From the NCBI GenBank assembly GCA_905236865.1, contig CAJOQX010000173.1:1-53337 (forward strand): 53,337 nucleotides of DNA. Reading direction: 5' to 3'. Positions within the stretch are counted from its first letter, which is position 1, and each line of letters begins with the position of its first letter. This DNA is from Candidatus Rifleibacteriota bacterium (GTDB lineage: Bacteria > Muiribacteriota > Ozemobacteria > Ozemobacterales > Ozemobacteraceae). This document shows positions 34,223 to 44,393 of this stretch, piece by piece. The notes below the pieces were generated by a model. That model had not been told where the DNA came from. It worked only from the letters and a program-made list of their open reading frames with translations, and made no database searches. The position numbers were made by a program, and so were the translations under genes.

Positions 34223-35462
34223 GGTCTATCTCTTCCTTTCTTGTAAGTTCAATGCCCTCTATTTTCTTTTCGACAATTTTATCTAGTATTTGTCTAATTT
34301 GAGGACCAGGCTTTATCCCTGCTTCTATAAGGTCATTTCCTGTAATAATTGGTTTTATAGAAGCTAGTTTATCTATATAGATACATATTTTGTTCTCAAT
34401 ATCTTTACTGTTTCTCTTTAGATATATCAAAGCTAAAGCTTCTGGGCAAGTGTCTTTTAAAATTTTATATATTTCAAAGTTAGTTTTTGCAATCTGCAAT
34501 TTGTTTTCTATGTTTGCCCAAGTGTCTAATGCTTCAGAAACTTGATTCCCTACAGAATGTGGTAGTCCAGAATTGTTTTGTAATTGCTTAACTTCTGCCT
34601 CTGGTATATTTGAAAGTAGTAAGGCCCAAAAAATGGCATTTTCAGAAATTTGAGGAAAATTTCGTTTCATCCTGGTGGTTAAAGCTGAAACAATACCAAA
34701 AGAGAATGTTGGATGACTATATTCTATAAAAGATTTATGATAATATTTTAATAATCCATAAGTTTGATATTTACTTAATAAGGTAAGTGGATTTTTTTCT
34801 TGAAAGCATTTGTCTATTTCTGCTGCAATTCTTTTTATACTTAATGTTTTTGGAGCATTTATACACAAGGCTTTATCGAATTGATATTCAGTATTAGCTT
34901 CTAAATAAAATCCAAATCTGTCGGCAAAACGAACAGCTCTATATAATCGCGAAGGGTCGTCAATGAAACTTCTAGGATGAAGTATCTTTATCCTCTTTTC
35001 TGCTAGGTCTAAATTCCCCTTGTATAAATCAACTAGTTCAAAAGGTTTGTCTGGGGTAATGCTCATTGCCATTGCATTTATGGTAAAATCTCTGCGGTAA
35101 AGGTCATCTTTTATGTTGCTAAAAGAAACTATTGGAAGCTCACCTGGCCTACCATAATATTCTTTTCTAGCAGAACTAAAATCTATAGTCAAATCTTTAT
35201 AATATATATGAGCAGTATGAAATCGTTCTACAAGCTTACATTCTGCGTTTAATTCCTGTCCAACTTTTACAGCATAAGGTAAAGCATCGCCTTCTACCAT
35301 TATGTCAATATCATAATTTGGTTTTTGAAGAAGTAAATCTCTGACAAAACCACCAACAGTATAGGCTTTTAGTTCCATATCGTAAGCTATATTGCCTATT
35401 TTGGTTAGTAAATCAAGGTAACTTTGGGAGTAAAGTCCTTGAATCTTCATTGAAAGCGACAT
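34197..35462 (-). CDS. cca: tRNA nucleotidyltransferase (CCA-adding) / poly(A) polymerase family protein
   Basis: GGFVRDLLL...DIDIMV head-domain motif and YRRDFTINAMA (RRD motif). There is no C-terminal HD domain, so the exact activity (CCA, A-adding or poly(A)) is unresolved. Confidence 0.8.
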   Translation of the reverse strand: MSLSMKIQGLYSQSYLDLLTKIGNIAYDMELKAYTVGGFVRDLLLQKPNYDIDIMVEGDALPYAVKVGQELNAECKLVERFHTAHIYYKDLTIDFSSARKEYYGRPGELPIVSFSNIKDDLYRRDFTINAMAMSITPDKPFELVDLYKGNLDLAEKRIKILHPRSFIDDPSRLYRAVRFADRFGFYLEANTEYQFDKALCINAPKTLSIKRIAAEIDKCFQEKNPLTLLSKYQTYGLLKYYHKSFIEYSHPTFSFGIVSALTTRMKRNFPQISENAIFWALLLSNIPEAEVKQLQNNSGLPHSVGNQVSEALDTWANIENKLQIAKTNFEIYKILKDTCPEALALIYLKRNSKDIENKICIYIDKLASIKPIITGNDLIEAGIKPGPQIRQILDKIVEKKIEGIELTRKEEIDLARTIQNI

Positions 35463-35469
35463 TTTTAAT

Positions 35470-37662
35470 TTACCTGTCTTTACCTTCTCTTTTTAGTATG
35501 TCGAAAAAGACCTTTACTAAAGATGGGTCTAGTTGAGAACCTGCCGCTTTTATCATTTCCTTTTTTACATAGTCAAAAGGAAATGCTTTTCTATAAGGTC
35601 TGTCTGCTATCATTGCATCATAAGTATCTGCAACAGCTAGAATTCTTGCTCCTAATGGAATTTCCGTTCCTTTCAGACCTAAAGGATAACCATGGCCGTC
35701 ATATCTTTCGTGATGATATAGGGTTAATGGAGCAATATCTTTTAATATGGCAACGTGTTCCATTATATTTGCACCGTATTCGGGATGTTTGCGAAGTTCA
35801 GCGATTTCTTCATCTGTTAATTTGCCCTGTTTGGCAAGAATAACATCTTTTACGCCAATTTTGCCTATGTCGTGTAATAAACCAGCATAACGTATTGTTT
35901 CAATTTGATCTTCTGTAAGTCCTATTTCTTTGCTTATTTTTACAGCATATTCCATTACTTTTGTGCTATGTCCATGTGTGTAGGAATCTTTGGTTTCTAT
36001 GGCGGCCGCTAAAGCCATAACCATTGACATATACTGTTCTTTCATATTGGCATAGAGTCTAGCGTTTTCTATGGCTATGCTTGCTTGTGAAGCAAAAGTT
36101 GATAGTAAGTCAATTTCACTTTGAGAAAAGTTTCTAGGTTTGCTTGTATATATTGTAATGACTCCGATAGACTTATTGTGAAGAATTATTGGAACTGCTA
36201 AAAGACCAGCTATTTTTTCTTTCCTCATAATGTTCGCTAGTGGGTCATCTGTTAGTTTCCTTACATCTGTAACTGATATAGGTCTGCGTTTTTCAAAACA
36301 GCTTCCTATAACACTTTCGCCCTTGTTTATAGCTTTTGAAGTCAGAAAGGATTTGGATAAGCCTCTTGATGCTCTTACTTCTAAGGCATTGCTTTCTTTG
36401 TTTAAAAGTCTTAACTCGCAACGAAGAGCGTTTATCATTTCAATAGAAAAACTAACAATAGAATCTAAAACTTCATCTAATACGAGTGTTGATGTAATGG
36501 ATTGTGATATTTCAAACAAAATTGAAACTTCATCTATATGTTTTTCAAGATCTAGATTAATTTTGACATTTTCAATTGAAGTCGCAAGTAAACTAGATAT
36601 TGTTGTTAAGGTTCTGAAATTTTCTCTTGTGAAAGCGTTTTTACGTAAACTCGCTAGTGTTATCAATCCTACATTCTTTTTTTGAAAAACTAAGGGTACA
36701 GTTAAAAAAGATTTTAGTTTTCCGCTAAAGGGTTTTGATGATTCTAGTTTCTGACCAGAAAGTAATAATTGTTGACGTTTTATTTGACGTTCTTTCGATA
36801 TGGCAACCATTTGATAAATCTCATTAATATGGGCTGAAAGAGCATTCAGCTTATGAGGTTGCAACGAATAATTTGATACGTAAAATCTTTTTTCTTCATC
36901 TTCTCTAGAAAACAAACTAACAACACCTATGTCAAATTTTGTTTCTTCCAATAAAAAATCAAAGGTATGACCAATTAAAGATTCAAAAGTCCTGGAAGTT
37001 GAAAGTTTTTTTGCAAGAAAATTAAGTTGTTCAGCTTGTTTGAGCTGTTTTTCCCTATCTTTTAAAAGAGCAGTATGTTCAATTTTTAGAGCGGCAAGAT
37101 TAGCAAAAATAGTAGCTTCTTCCAAATCGTTTACAGAAAACACTTTGTTTTGGTTTATATTAGCTACAACTAACAAACCTAGACATTGAGTTTTGGTTTT
37201 TAAAGGAATAAACAATGCCGATTTGAACGGTGTATTCTGAAAAATAATATCATTTGGATCACCAGTGAATATAAGTCTTTGTTTTAGTTCAAAAGCTCTA
37301 TAAACAGATAAATTCTCTCCAGAAAGATTTGGATTCGCTGTTTGCCCGCAACCAGGACTTGGAATAAAACCAAATTCTTTCAAAGTATGTATTTCGTTAC
37401 GGTGATCTTCGCATTTAATAAAAGATGGTCGTCTTCTACGCTTTCCACAAGCAGTGCAGAATTCTAGCTGATATAATTCACGATTTAAAATCATGATATA
37501 ACTTTCATCAGCTTTAACTGCTTCTTTTACTGATTTGGCAATCATTACCAAATCTTCTTTTAAATCTCTGTTGGCTGAAAGAGCCAAAGAAACTTCAGAT
37601 ATATTTGTTAGTCTGTTAAAATTATCGTTTTGAATATTGCTATTTTTAATGAGTTTTTTCAT
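35470..37662 (-). CDS. multi-GAF sensor HD-GYP phosphodiesterase (cyclic-di-GMP-type)
   Basis: The C-terminus has HGHSTKV...LLHDIGKIGV...HHERYDGHGYPLGL (HD and GYP motifs). Three GAF-like segments lie upstream. It overlaps the GGDEF gene by 17 nt. Confidence 0.88.
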   Translation of the reverse strand: MKKLIKNSNIQNDNFNRLTNISEVSLALSANRDLKEDLVMIAKSVKEAVKADESYIMILNRELYQLEFCTACGKRRRRPSFIKCEDHRNEIHTLKEFGFIPSPGCGQTANPNLSGENLSVYRAFELKQRLIFTGDPNDIIFQNTPFKSALFIPLKTKTQCLGLLVVANINQNKVFSVNDLEEATIFANLAALKIEHTALLKDREKQLKQAEQLNFLAKKLSTSRTFESLIGHTFDFLLEETKFDIGVVSLFSREDEEKRFYVSNYSLQPHKLNALSAHINEIYQMVAISKERQIKRQQLLLSGQKLESSKPFSGKLKSFLTVPLVFQKKNVGLITLASLRKNAFTRENFRTLTTISSLLATSIENVKINLDLEKHIDEVSILFEISQSITSTLVLDEVLDSIVSFSIEMINALRCELRLLNKESNALEVRASRGLSKSFLTSKAINKGESVIGSCFEKRRPISVTDVRKLTDDPLANIMRKEKIAGLLAVPIILHNKSIGVITIYTSKPRNFSQSEIDLLSTFASQASIAIENARLYANMKEQYMSMVMALAAAIETKDSYTHGHSTKVMEYAVKISKEIGLTEDQIETIRYAGLLHDIGKIGVKDVILAKQGKLTDEEIAELRKHPEYGANIMEHVAILKDIAPLTLYHHERYDGHGYPLGLKGTEIPLGARILAVADTYDAMIADRPYRKAFPFDYVKKEMIKAAGSQLDPSLVKVFFDILKREGKDR

Positions 37663-39757
37663 AGATTACTTCTGGTTCGTTGTAACCTTGAACCTGATTT
37701 CTTCCTTCTGCTTTTGCTTTGTATAACGCCTGGTCTGCTGCTTCAATAATATCTGATGTCTTTGTGCAATTAGTTACAGAAATGCAAGAAACTCCTATTG
37801 ATAGAGTGACTTTTAATTTTTTATCTCCTTCTTCAATAAAAGATTCTTCAACTTTGCGTCTAATTCTTTCTGCAAAAGTAATTGCTCCTTCTAGTGAAGT
37901 TTCTGGAAGTATAACACCGAATTCTTCACCACCATATCTTGCTACTGTATCTATTTTATCACGCATTGAAGATTTAAATATAGCGGAAACATGCTTTAAT
38001 ACTTTATCGCCGACAAGATGCCCATAAGTATCGTTAAACTTTTTGAAGAAGTCAATATCTATAATCATTAAAGAAAGTGGCTTTTTATATCTTTGAGATC
38101 TTGTAAATTCTTGAGAAAGCGTTTCTTGGAAAAACCTATGATTATATAATTCGGTAAGAGGATCAGTGAAAGCTAATTTTTCGGTACGTTTGTGAATTAA
38201 AGCATTTTTTATGCTTGTTATAAATATTCCTGTAAATTGTGAAGTTATGTCTAATTCATGCGATGTAAATTCTTCATCGCCTTTTCGTGCTAAATGAATG
38301 AGTCCTTTAACGCTATTTCCAAGAATAATAGGTAAATGTAATTCATGTTTAAATGTAGTTATCTGTTTATTCCCTTGATTTTGAGGATTGAAGAAAGTTG
38401 GAGTTGTTAGATTACTTTTTGTAAGAATTGGTTCACAAGGGTAGTCTTTGAAAAGATTAACAATCTTTTCGGTTAGATTGTTCTGATATTTTAAAGATAT
38501 TGGCTCTGCTGGTTGAACTATCAATTTATATGTGGCATCTAAATCATCATATAACAATATTGAAATAGTAGTAAATGATATGACTTTGTTAAACTGGTTA
38601 AAAGCTTTTTGCAAAATAATGTAAGGATCTAGAGAAGAACCTAAATCTTTACTCATTTCAAAAAAGATTTTGTTTCTTTCTGCACTTTCTCTTAGTATTT
38701 CTTGGTTATTCCATATCGTTTTTAGCATTTTTTCTCTAGTTATAGCACTAGAAATATTATGAGAAATAACTTGTAAAAATCTATAGTGTTTCTTTGCTTG
38801 AGCTTCATCATCTTCAACAAAATCACGACTTACTATCAAAAAATATAGTCCTTCGTCCTCAACAAATAGTGGAATACAATACATTTCACTGCTTTCATTT
38901 CCATCGTCAAACAAAAGTGTAAGAGGAACGTCTTCGTTATTAGCATCATAAACCGATGTTTCAAGCAGTTTATGACGAATTTTTTCTGTTGCTGATTTGA
39001 ACATATTTTCCAGTTGATTTTTATTTAGGCGATGAGAGGCTATTATTTCTAGTTTTTGCTTTATACTATCTTTATATTTTGTATTAATTGTTCTGATAAT
39101 GGCAGAACGTTTCATTCCAAGTTCATTTGCAAGTTTTGTTAAAAATTCTTCTAGTCTTCCTTTAAAATCATTGGCTTCAGAAAGCATATTAGACATTTGA
39201 TATAGAGCGGTAATTTCTTTTCTGTTTGTTTCAATTCTTTCTAAGAGGTTTTCTTTGTCTATAAGACTAGCTATTAAAGTGTTTATCCCGCTTATTTTTG
39301 TTAAATCATCTTCTGTAAACGAAGGTTGGTCAGGGGTGCGATTAAAATTCATGACTCCGATGGTTTTTTTAGTTAATGTTAAGGGAATAGATAAAAATGA
39401 ACCTTCATCGTTTGAACGTGCTGCTTTAAGTTTTGAGCTATTTTTGTTAGTCATTTTTGCACAAACTATAGGAGTTCCTGTTTGGAAAACTCTAGCTGCG
39501 ATAGAATCACTTTTTGAAACCTTTGTTGTTTTGCTTTTTATTTTATCTTTACTTAGTAAAGGGTGGGAGGAAGAAGCATAAAGTTTAAGGCTATCTTCTT
39601 CATTATCATAAACCATAATTGAGCCTGAAGCAGCTTGCATATAGTCAAGAGTTTCAGCTATTATATTTTTAATGAGAAGATGAAGGTCTGTGGATTCGGC
39701 AGCTTTTTCTGCTAATTTTGCATATATATTTTTGTTTTTTGATGTGTTTTTATTCAT
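37646..39757 (-). CDS. GAF-domain diguanylate cyclase (GGDEF, active-site GGEEF)
   Basis: The C-terminus has DPLTELYNHRFF...IDIDFFKKFNDTYGHLVGD...RYGGEEFGVIL. GAF-like N-terminal domains are present. GAGGAAG SD; 8-nt ATGAATAA overlap with the PP2C gene. Confidence 0.9.
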   Translation of the reverse strand: MNKNTSKNKNIYAKLAEKAAESTDLHLLIKNIIAETLDYMQAASGSIMVYDNEEDSLKLYASSSHPLLSKDKIKSKTTKVSKSDSIAARVFQTGTPIVCAKMTNKNSSKLKAARSNDEGSFLSIPLTLTKKTIGVMNFNRTPDQPSFTEDDLTKISGINTLIASLIDKENLLERIETNRKEITALYQMSNMLSEANDFKGRLEEFLTKLANELGMKRSAIIRTINTKYKDSIKQKLEIIASHRLNKNQLENMFKSATEKIRHKLLETSVYDANNEDVPLTLLFDDGNESSEMYCIPLFVEDEGLYFLIVSRDFVEDDEAQAKKHYRFLQVISHNISSAITREKMLKTIWNNQEILRESAERNKIFFEMSKDLGSSLDPYIILQKAFNQFNKVISFTTISILLYDDLDATYKLIVQPAEPISLKYQNNLTEKIVNLFKDYPCEPILTKSNLTTPTFFNPQNQGNKQITTFKHELHLPIILGNSVKGLIHLARKGDEEFTSHELDITSQFTGIFITSIKNALIHKRTEKLAFTDPLTELYNHRFFQETLSQEFTRSQRYKKPLSLMIIDIDFFKKFNDTYGHLVGDKVLKHVSAIFKSSMRDKIDTVARYGGEEFGVILPETSLEGAITFAERIRRKVEESFIEEGDKKLKVTLSIGVSCISVTNCTKTSDIIEAADQALYKAKAEGRNQVQGYNEPEVIYEKTH

Positions 39758-42179
39758 TTTTATTTCTTCCTCTATATTTGATAGACAAAACAGTTAGATC
39801 GTCATGAGCATCTGCTCCTTCACGCCAATCTTGACAAGCAGCAACTAGAGATTTGGTAAGAGTTTTTGCGTTTTCATTCGCTGTTTGGGTCATTATTTGT
39901 TTTATTCTGTCTGTTCCAAACATTTCACCGTTTGGGTTCACTTCTTCGTAAAGACCATCTGTGAACATTACAAAAGAGTCACCTGGATTTAACTTAAACA
40001 TCAAGCTTTCAAAATTCATTAAAGGTGGGTCGAATAATCCTAAAGGCATACCTAATTTTGGTGGAATTTCGGTATTATTGTTTTGAAGTCTGACGAATAG
40101 AGGTCCATGTCCTGCTGAAGCAAATTCACATTCACCAGTAGCTATATTCATAGCAACAAGTTGCAACGTAACAAATTTTCCATCCATTCCTTCCATTTCA
40201 GCAGAAAGATACTTGTTGGCTTTCTTTAAAATATTAATTAAGTTAGCTTCTTCAGGAGCAAGGGTTTTGATAATTGTTTGAGCTATAGCCATAATAATCG
40301 CAGCCGATGAACCTTTTCCTGATACGTCTCCAAGAATTACTAATAATCTGCCATCACATAGGTTAACTGTTTCAAATAGGTCACCACCAACTTCTTTTGC
40401 AGGAATACTTTCACCGTAAATGTCTAATTCTGGAGGTAGACGTTTAAAGTCTTTTTCTGTAGGCATTAAAGACATTTGTATCTCTCTAGCACTTTTGTTT
40501 AACAGCTCTCGTTCTTTTGCTTCGCTAAGATAAGTTACATTGTTTATGCCTGCTGCAACAAGATTAGAAATAGCTTCTAAGAAATTTTTATCGCCTAAAG
40601 TGAATGGTTTTAAGTTATCTTTGTTATTTACATTTATTACACCAGTAACTTTTCTGTTGCTATTACCGATGCCTGTGATTAAAGGAACTGAAAGCATTGA
40701 CCTTGTGTGATAATAAGTGTCATGCTGTTCTGAAAATAATTTTTTTAAATTTTCTTCGCTTTCTTCAGGAAAATTATTCTTTATTTCTTCAATATCACGC
40801 AAGTCTTTTATAAACAAAGTTTTGGCATATTTAACCACTAAACCAGAAATAGAATTTTCTATTAACTGTTTTGTTACATTCGGAACTACGCTACTAGAGT
40901 GACCATGACCTTTTTTGAGTATAAGGTATTTTCGAGTCGGATCTACTTCCATATATGAAATAATATCTACTTTTAGATGATCGGAAATAACGTTTATCAT
41001 TTTGTCTTGCATTATATTTGGATCTGATATGTTTTTTATCAAATCTTCAAATTCAGATATAGATGATATTCTGTTTGCAAAACTATCGGCTGCTTGCAAG
41101 TGAAAACCAATTTTTTCCTTTAACCTATATGAAATAATATCGATTTCATCTTTTGTTAGTTGTGGATTTAGTTCTGATTCAAATATTATTATTGCTCTAG
41201 CATATTGGCTATATGTCGAAGTTATAGGAAATACATATCTTACAGGAACGTCAATTTCTTTTTTGCTGTTATCAAAAGTATTTGTTTTTTTTATGGCATC
41301 TAATATTTCAGGCTTTGAATAAAGCTCTTCAGCAGTTAGTAAATCTGGAATCCATGAGTCAAGACTGACTGTTTTTTCTAGATAATCTTTGTTTCGGTGA
41401 TAAGTATAAATGACTCCTGAATGTTGATTGAAAACTTTGGTTATAAAATCGGCAAGATCTGTTAAAATCTGTTTTGTATCGTTGGGATTATCAAGAAAAC
41501 TTAACCTTGTATCTATTACTTCGACAGTCTTTTTTAGACGGTCATTCAAAGCGTTCCTTCTTGTAAGATTCAAATGACTGAAATATAGACCTAATCTATT
41601 TGCTATCATGGTTACTAGACGCATCATTCCATTATCTTGTTCGTTAAACATTTCCATTGCTTGTTGTTGAGTTGGAATAATGCCTAAATAACCAAAAGTT
41701 ATATCTTCTTCGTTTAAATCTTTTTTGAAATTATTGTTTATCGAACAAGGAAAGACTATCGGACCAAAACTAGACGCTATTGGATCTTCATCTGTATGTA
41801 TCTCTAGTTTATGTTTGGCATCTAAATCAGAATTTTTTGTGTCTATAATATTCATTCGTCGCTCAAGAAGCTCTTGAAGACTACTATCGTAATCGCCATC
41901 AGGACTTCTCTTTGAATAAATTATCTCATTATTATAGCCTGGTGCCGCTTTTTGAATTACTCCTATAGCATTTAATCCAAATTCTTTTTCTAGCATTTTT
42001 AGAAGTGGTAAAAGAACCTTTTCGTCTTCTTCAAACCAATACTTTGATTGGCTTTGTTTAAATGACTGATCATTGTAGCCAATCATCATTTTTTTCGAGT
42101 TTCCACTAGTTGCTAGCAGATTTTGTATGTCAACCAGTAATTCTAATGTTCTAGCAGGTGTTTCAAATTTCTTTGCCAT
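39750..42179 (-). CDS. GAF-domain PP2C/SpoIIE-family serine phosphatase (RsbU-like)
   Basis: The C-terminus has GGDLFE...ILGDVSGKGSSAAIIMA...ASAGHGP...FTDGLYE...DDLTVLSI, typical of PPM/SpoIIE. The long N-terminal region has GAF-like segments. Confidence 0.85.
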   Translation of the reverse strand: MAKKFETPARTLELLVDIQNLLATSGNSKKMMIGYNDQSFKQSQSKYWFEEDEKVLLPLLKMLEKEFGLNAIGVIQKAAPGYNNEIIYSKRSPDGDYDSSLQELLERRMNIIDTKNSDLDAKHKLEIHTDEDPIASSFGPIVFPCSINNNFKKDLNEEDITFGYLGIIPTQQQAMEMFNEQDNGMMRLVTMIANRLGLYFSHLNLTRRNALNDRLKKTVEVIDTRLSFLDNPNDTKQILTDLADFITKVFNQHSGVIYTYHRNKDYLEKTVSLDSWIPDLLTAEELYSKPEILDAIKKTNTFDNSKKEIDVPVRYVFPITSTYSQYARAIIIFESELNPQLTKDEIDIISYRLKEKIGFHLQAADSFANRISSISEFEDLIKNISDPNIMQDKMINVISDHLKVDIISYMEVDPTRKYLILKKGHGHSSSVVPNVTKQLIENSISGLVVKYAKTLFIKDLRDIEEIKNNFPEESEENLKKLFSEQHDTYYHTRSMLSVPLITGIGNSNRKVTGVINVNNKDNLKPFTLGDKNFLEAISNLVAAGINNVTYLSEAKERELLNKSAREIQMSLMPTEKDFKRLPPELDIYGESIPAKEVGGDLFETVNLCDGRLLVILGDVSGKGSSAAIIMAIAQTIIKTLAPEEANLINILKKANKYLSAEMEGMDGKFVTLQLVAMNIATGECEFASAGHGPLFVRLQNNNTEIPPKLGMPLGLFDPPLMNFESLMFKLNPGDSFVMFTDGLYEEVNPNGEMFGTDRIKQIMTQTANENAKTLTKSLVAACQDWREGADAHDDLTVLSIKYRGRNKNE

Positions 42180-42295
42180 GTTTTTTAGATAGATGTAAGA
42201 TGTATGTTAATCTTATATCTCCATATATAAACTTTAATTTCAACAATAAACTATATCATAACACACTTATCTTTTCTAGTTTATCTTTATATAAA

Positions 42296-42304
42296 TTGTG
42301 TACA
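42296..42304 (+). promoter_or_regulatory. copy 3 of recurrent 9-mer TTGTGTACA, in the divergent region between the PP2C operon and the LysM-M23 gene
   Basis: Exact TTGTGTACA at 42296..42304, 75 nt upstream of the ATG at 42380 and 117 nt upstream of the ATG at 42179. Confidence 0.35.
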
Positions 42305-42345
42305 TTTTTTATAAAAAAAATAAACTTTTTGAATAAATTTAAGTA

Positions 42346-42354
42346 TGATATAAT
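42346..42354 (+). promoter_or_regulatory. extended -10 element (TGaTATAAT) upstream of the LysM-M23 gene
   Basis: tgatataat at 42346..42354, 25 nt upstream of the ATG. There is no good -35, which is tolerated by extended -10 promoters. Confidence 0.4.
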
Positions 42355-42379
42355 GAAAATAAAAATGTGAGGTTTTTAT

Positions 42380-43324
42380 ATGAAAAAGACTTGTGTTTTA
42401 CTATCAGGCCTTATTCTAGCATTGGGTGTTGCTACTAATCCTAACTTAACTAATGTTTGTGCAACAGTTGATCCTTTTGATGAATCAGCTGAAGTTGTAA
42501 CTAGCGAAGAAAAGTTTGTAGCAGAAGATCCAGGAGAAATAGAAATAGAAACAGCTAAAGTCATAACTGGAGAAAATAAAGAAGAAGAAGAAAATAAAGA
42601 AGAACAAGAAGAACAAGAAAAAGAAGAAGGTTCTGGAACTGTAGAATATACAGTAAAACCAGGAGATTTTTTAAGTTTAATTGCAGGTAATCAGATGGGT
42701 AATAGTAGTAGATGGCCTGAAATTGTAGAACTTAATAAAGATAAATATCCTAGTTTGCTTTCAAATCCAAATTTGATTTATGCAGGTTGGGTTTTAACAC
42801 TACCTACAGGTAGCAAAGGAAATACTGTTACTCCTAACAATACGTCTAATAATGGAAATAATGGCGGTACTGTTACTGGAGGAGTTATTGCTAATGGGCA
42901 ATCTACAGATTCTAGCGGATGGGGTAGTGCATCACCATGTGAACCAATGCCAAGTTGGATAAGTTCTGAATATGGACCAAGAGATCTTTTTGGACATAGT
43001 TTCCATCATGGAATAGATATTCCTGTTTGTTCTGGAACTAGAGTAAACGCTATGGCTAATGGAACTGTAATTGCCGCAGCTTTTGAACCAGGCGGAGGAA
43101 ACTATGTTAAAATCAGATATGATAATGGTTACGAAACATTTTACTGCCATTTGCAGAGTTTTAATGTAAGCGTTGGCGATAGAGTTGAAGCTGGTCAGCA
43201 AGTTGCTTTATCTGACAACACAGGACAATGGACTACAGGAGCTCACTTGCACATGGGCGTATATCTTAACGGACAAAGTGTAGACCCAAGATCAGTTTAT
43301 AATGGTTTCCCACCCAAAAGGTAA
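42380..43324 (+). CDS. secreted LysM-domain M23 (lysostaphin-type) peptidoglycan metallopeptidase
   Basis: Signal peptide CVLLSGLILALGVA and a Glu-rich linker. LysM domain (YTVKPGDFLSLIA...IYAGWVLTLP). M23 motifs HHGIDI and GAHLHMGV. Confidence 0.9.
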   Translation: MKKTCVLLSGLILALGVATNPNLTNVCATVDPFDESAEVVTSEEKFVAEDPGEIEIETAKVITGENKEEEENKEEQEEQEKEEGSGTVEYTVKPGDFLSLIAGNQMGNSSRWPEIVELNKDKYPSLLSNPNLIYAGWVLTLPTGSKGNTVTPNNTSNNGNNGGTVTGGVIANGQSTDSSGWGSASPCEPMPSWISSEYGPRDLFGHSFHHGIDIPVCSGTRVNAMANGTVIAAAFEPGGGNYVKIRYDNGYETFYCHLQSFNVSVGDRVEAGQQVALSDNTGQWTTGAHLHMGVYLNGQSVDPRSVYNGFPPKR

Positions 43325-43342
43325 TATTTGAGGTTCTGATAA

Positions 43343-44341
43343 ATGCTTAAAAAGACTGTTTTGGTTTTATTTGCTGTTCTTATGGGTGGGGTGTTAGCTG
43401 ATGCCCATGAAGAAGAATTTAAACTTATAAACCATCTTAGATATTATAAGACTATGTATGATGCTCATGAAGCTGATGAGCTTATGCGTATTCCTTATGG
43501 CTTAAAACCAGAAAATGTCGGTGGAGAAGACCAAGACTCCAAAAAAGAGTGTCAAGGTGTGCCGATGGCATTCAGACCAACTGAAAATTCAGATGAAGTT
43601 TGGATTCTAGATTCTATCAATAGGGGTTTAAAGTTATTTAAGTCTGGTAAATTACTTAAACATATTAAAATAAAGCAAGAAATGGGTTTTATATCTGATT
43701 TTGCTTTTAATAAGAAAGGCAAAATAGCACTGTTAAATCAAAATGTAGGTAACGTTTATATAATTAATGATAATGGAAATCTAATTAAAAATATTTCGGG
43801 TTTTCAGTGTGCCAACTCTCTAGAATTTGTTTCTGAAAATACTTTGCTAATAGATAGTCCTTTGTCTCATGGAAAGGTAAAACTATCTATTGATGGGGAT
43901 TTACTAGGGGTATATGAATCAGATCAGACTCTGAGTGTTTATTCGTCAGAAAAAGGAGTTTGGGGGCTAGATTGCTATGGTGGTCAGGTTGCAAAACTTT
44001 TTGTTAGACCTAATAATGGAAAAACGATTAAAGTTATAGTTGAATTTCCATATAAAGATTATGAAGATGTAGAATATAAGGGTGGTAATATCTACGGTTT
44101 TGACAAAGATGGCAATATATACTTTGGCTTAGTTGCTTGTAATCCAGAAGGCATTATTTATCGAGATAGAATTTACAAGTGCAATCAAAATGGTGAAGTA
44201 TTAAAAGAAATTGATGTTTTGTCTAAACCTTTTATGTCTCCTAATCTTCCGCGTCATCGAGTGGCTTGTCCAGATGGAAGAGTATTAACTTTCCATTCTT
44301 TTGAAGATAATTACTATTTGTATACTTATTCTATGAAATAA
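43343..44341 (+). CDS. secreted hypothetical protein (beta-rich, possibly propeller-like)
   Basis: Signal peptide VLVLFAVLMGGVLADA. The remainder is rich in short beta-strand-like G/N/Y/V segments with no motif I can name. Followed by a strong terminator. Confidence 0.5.
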   Translation: MLKKTVLVLFAVLMGGVLADAHEEEFKLINHLRYYKTMYDAHEADELMRIPYGLKPENVGGEDQDSKKECQGVPMAFRPTENSDEVWILDSINRGLKLFKSGKLLKHIKIKQEMGFISDFAFNKKGKIALLNQNVGNVYIINDNGNLIKNISGFQCANSLEFVSENTLLIDSPLSHGKVKLSIDGDLLGVYESDQTLSVYSSEKGVWGLDCYGGQVAKLFVRPNNGKTIKVIVEFPYKDYEDVEYKGGNIYGFDKDGNIYFGLVACNPEGIIYRDRIYKCNQNGEVLKEIDVLSKPFMSPNLPRHRVACPDGRVLTFHSFEDNYYLYTYSMK

Positions 44342-44354
44342 GCTTAAAGCAAAC

Positions 44355-44393
44355 AAAAACCCCACTTGTTTTTATAAACAAGTGGGGTTTTTT
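44355..44393. terminator. bidirectional intrinsic terminator between the convergent 43343 gene and the giant surface-protein gene
   Basis: A 12-bp GC-containing stem (ccccacttgttt 44360..44371 pairs with aaacaagtgggg 44376..44387) with a 4-nt loop, flanked by A5 upstream and T6 downstream. Confidence 0.8.
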
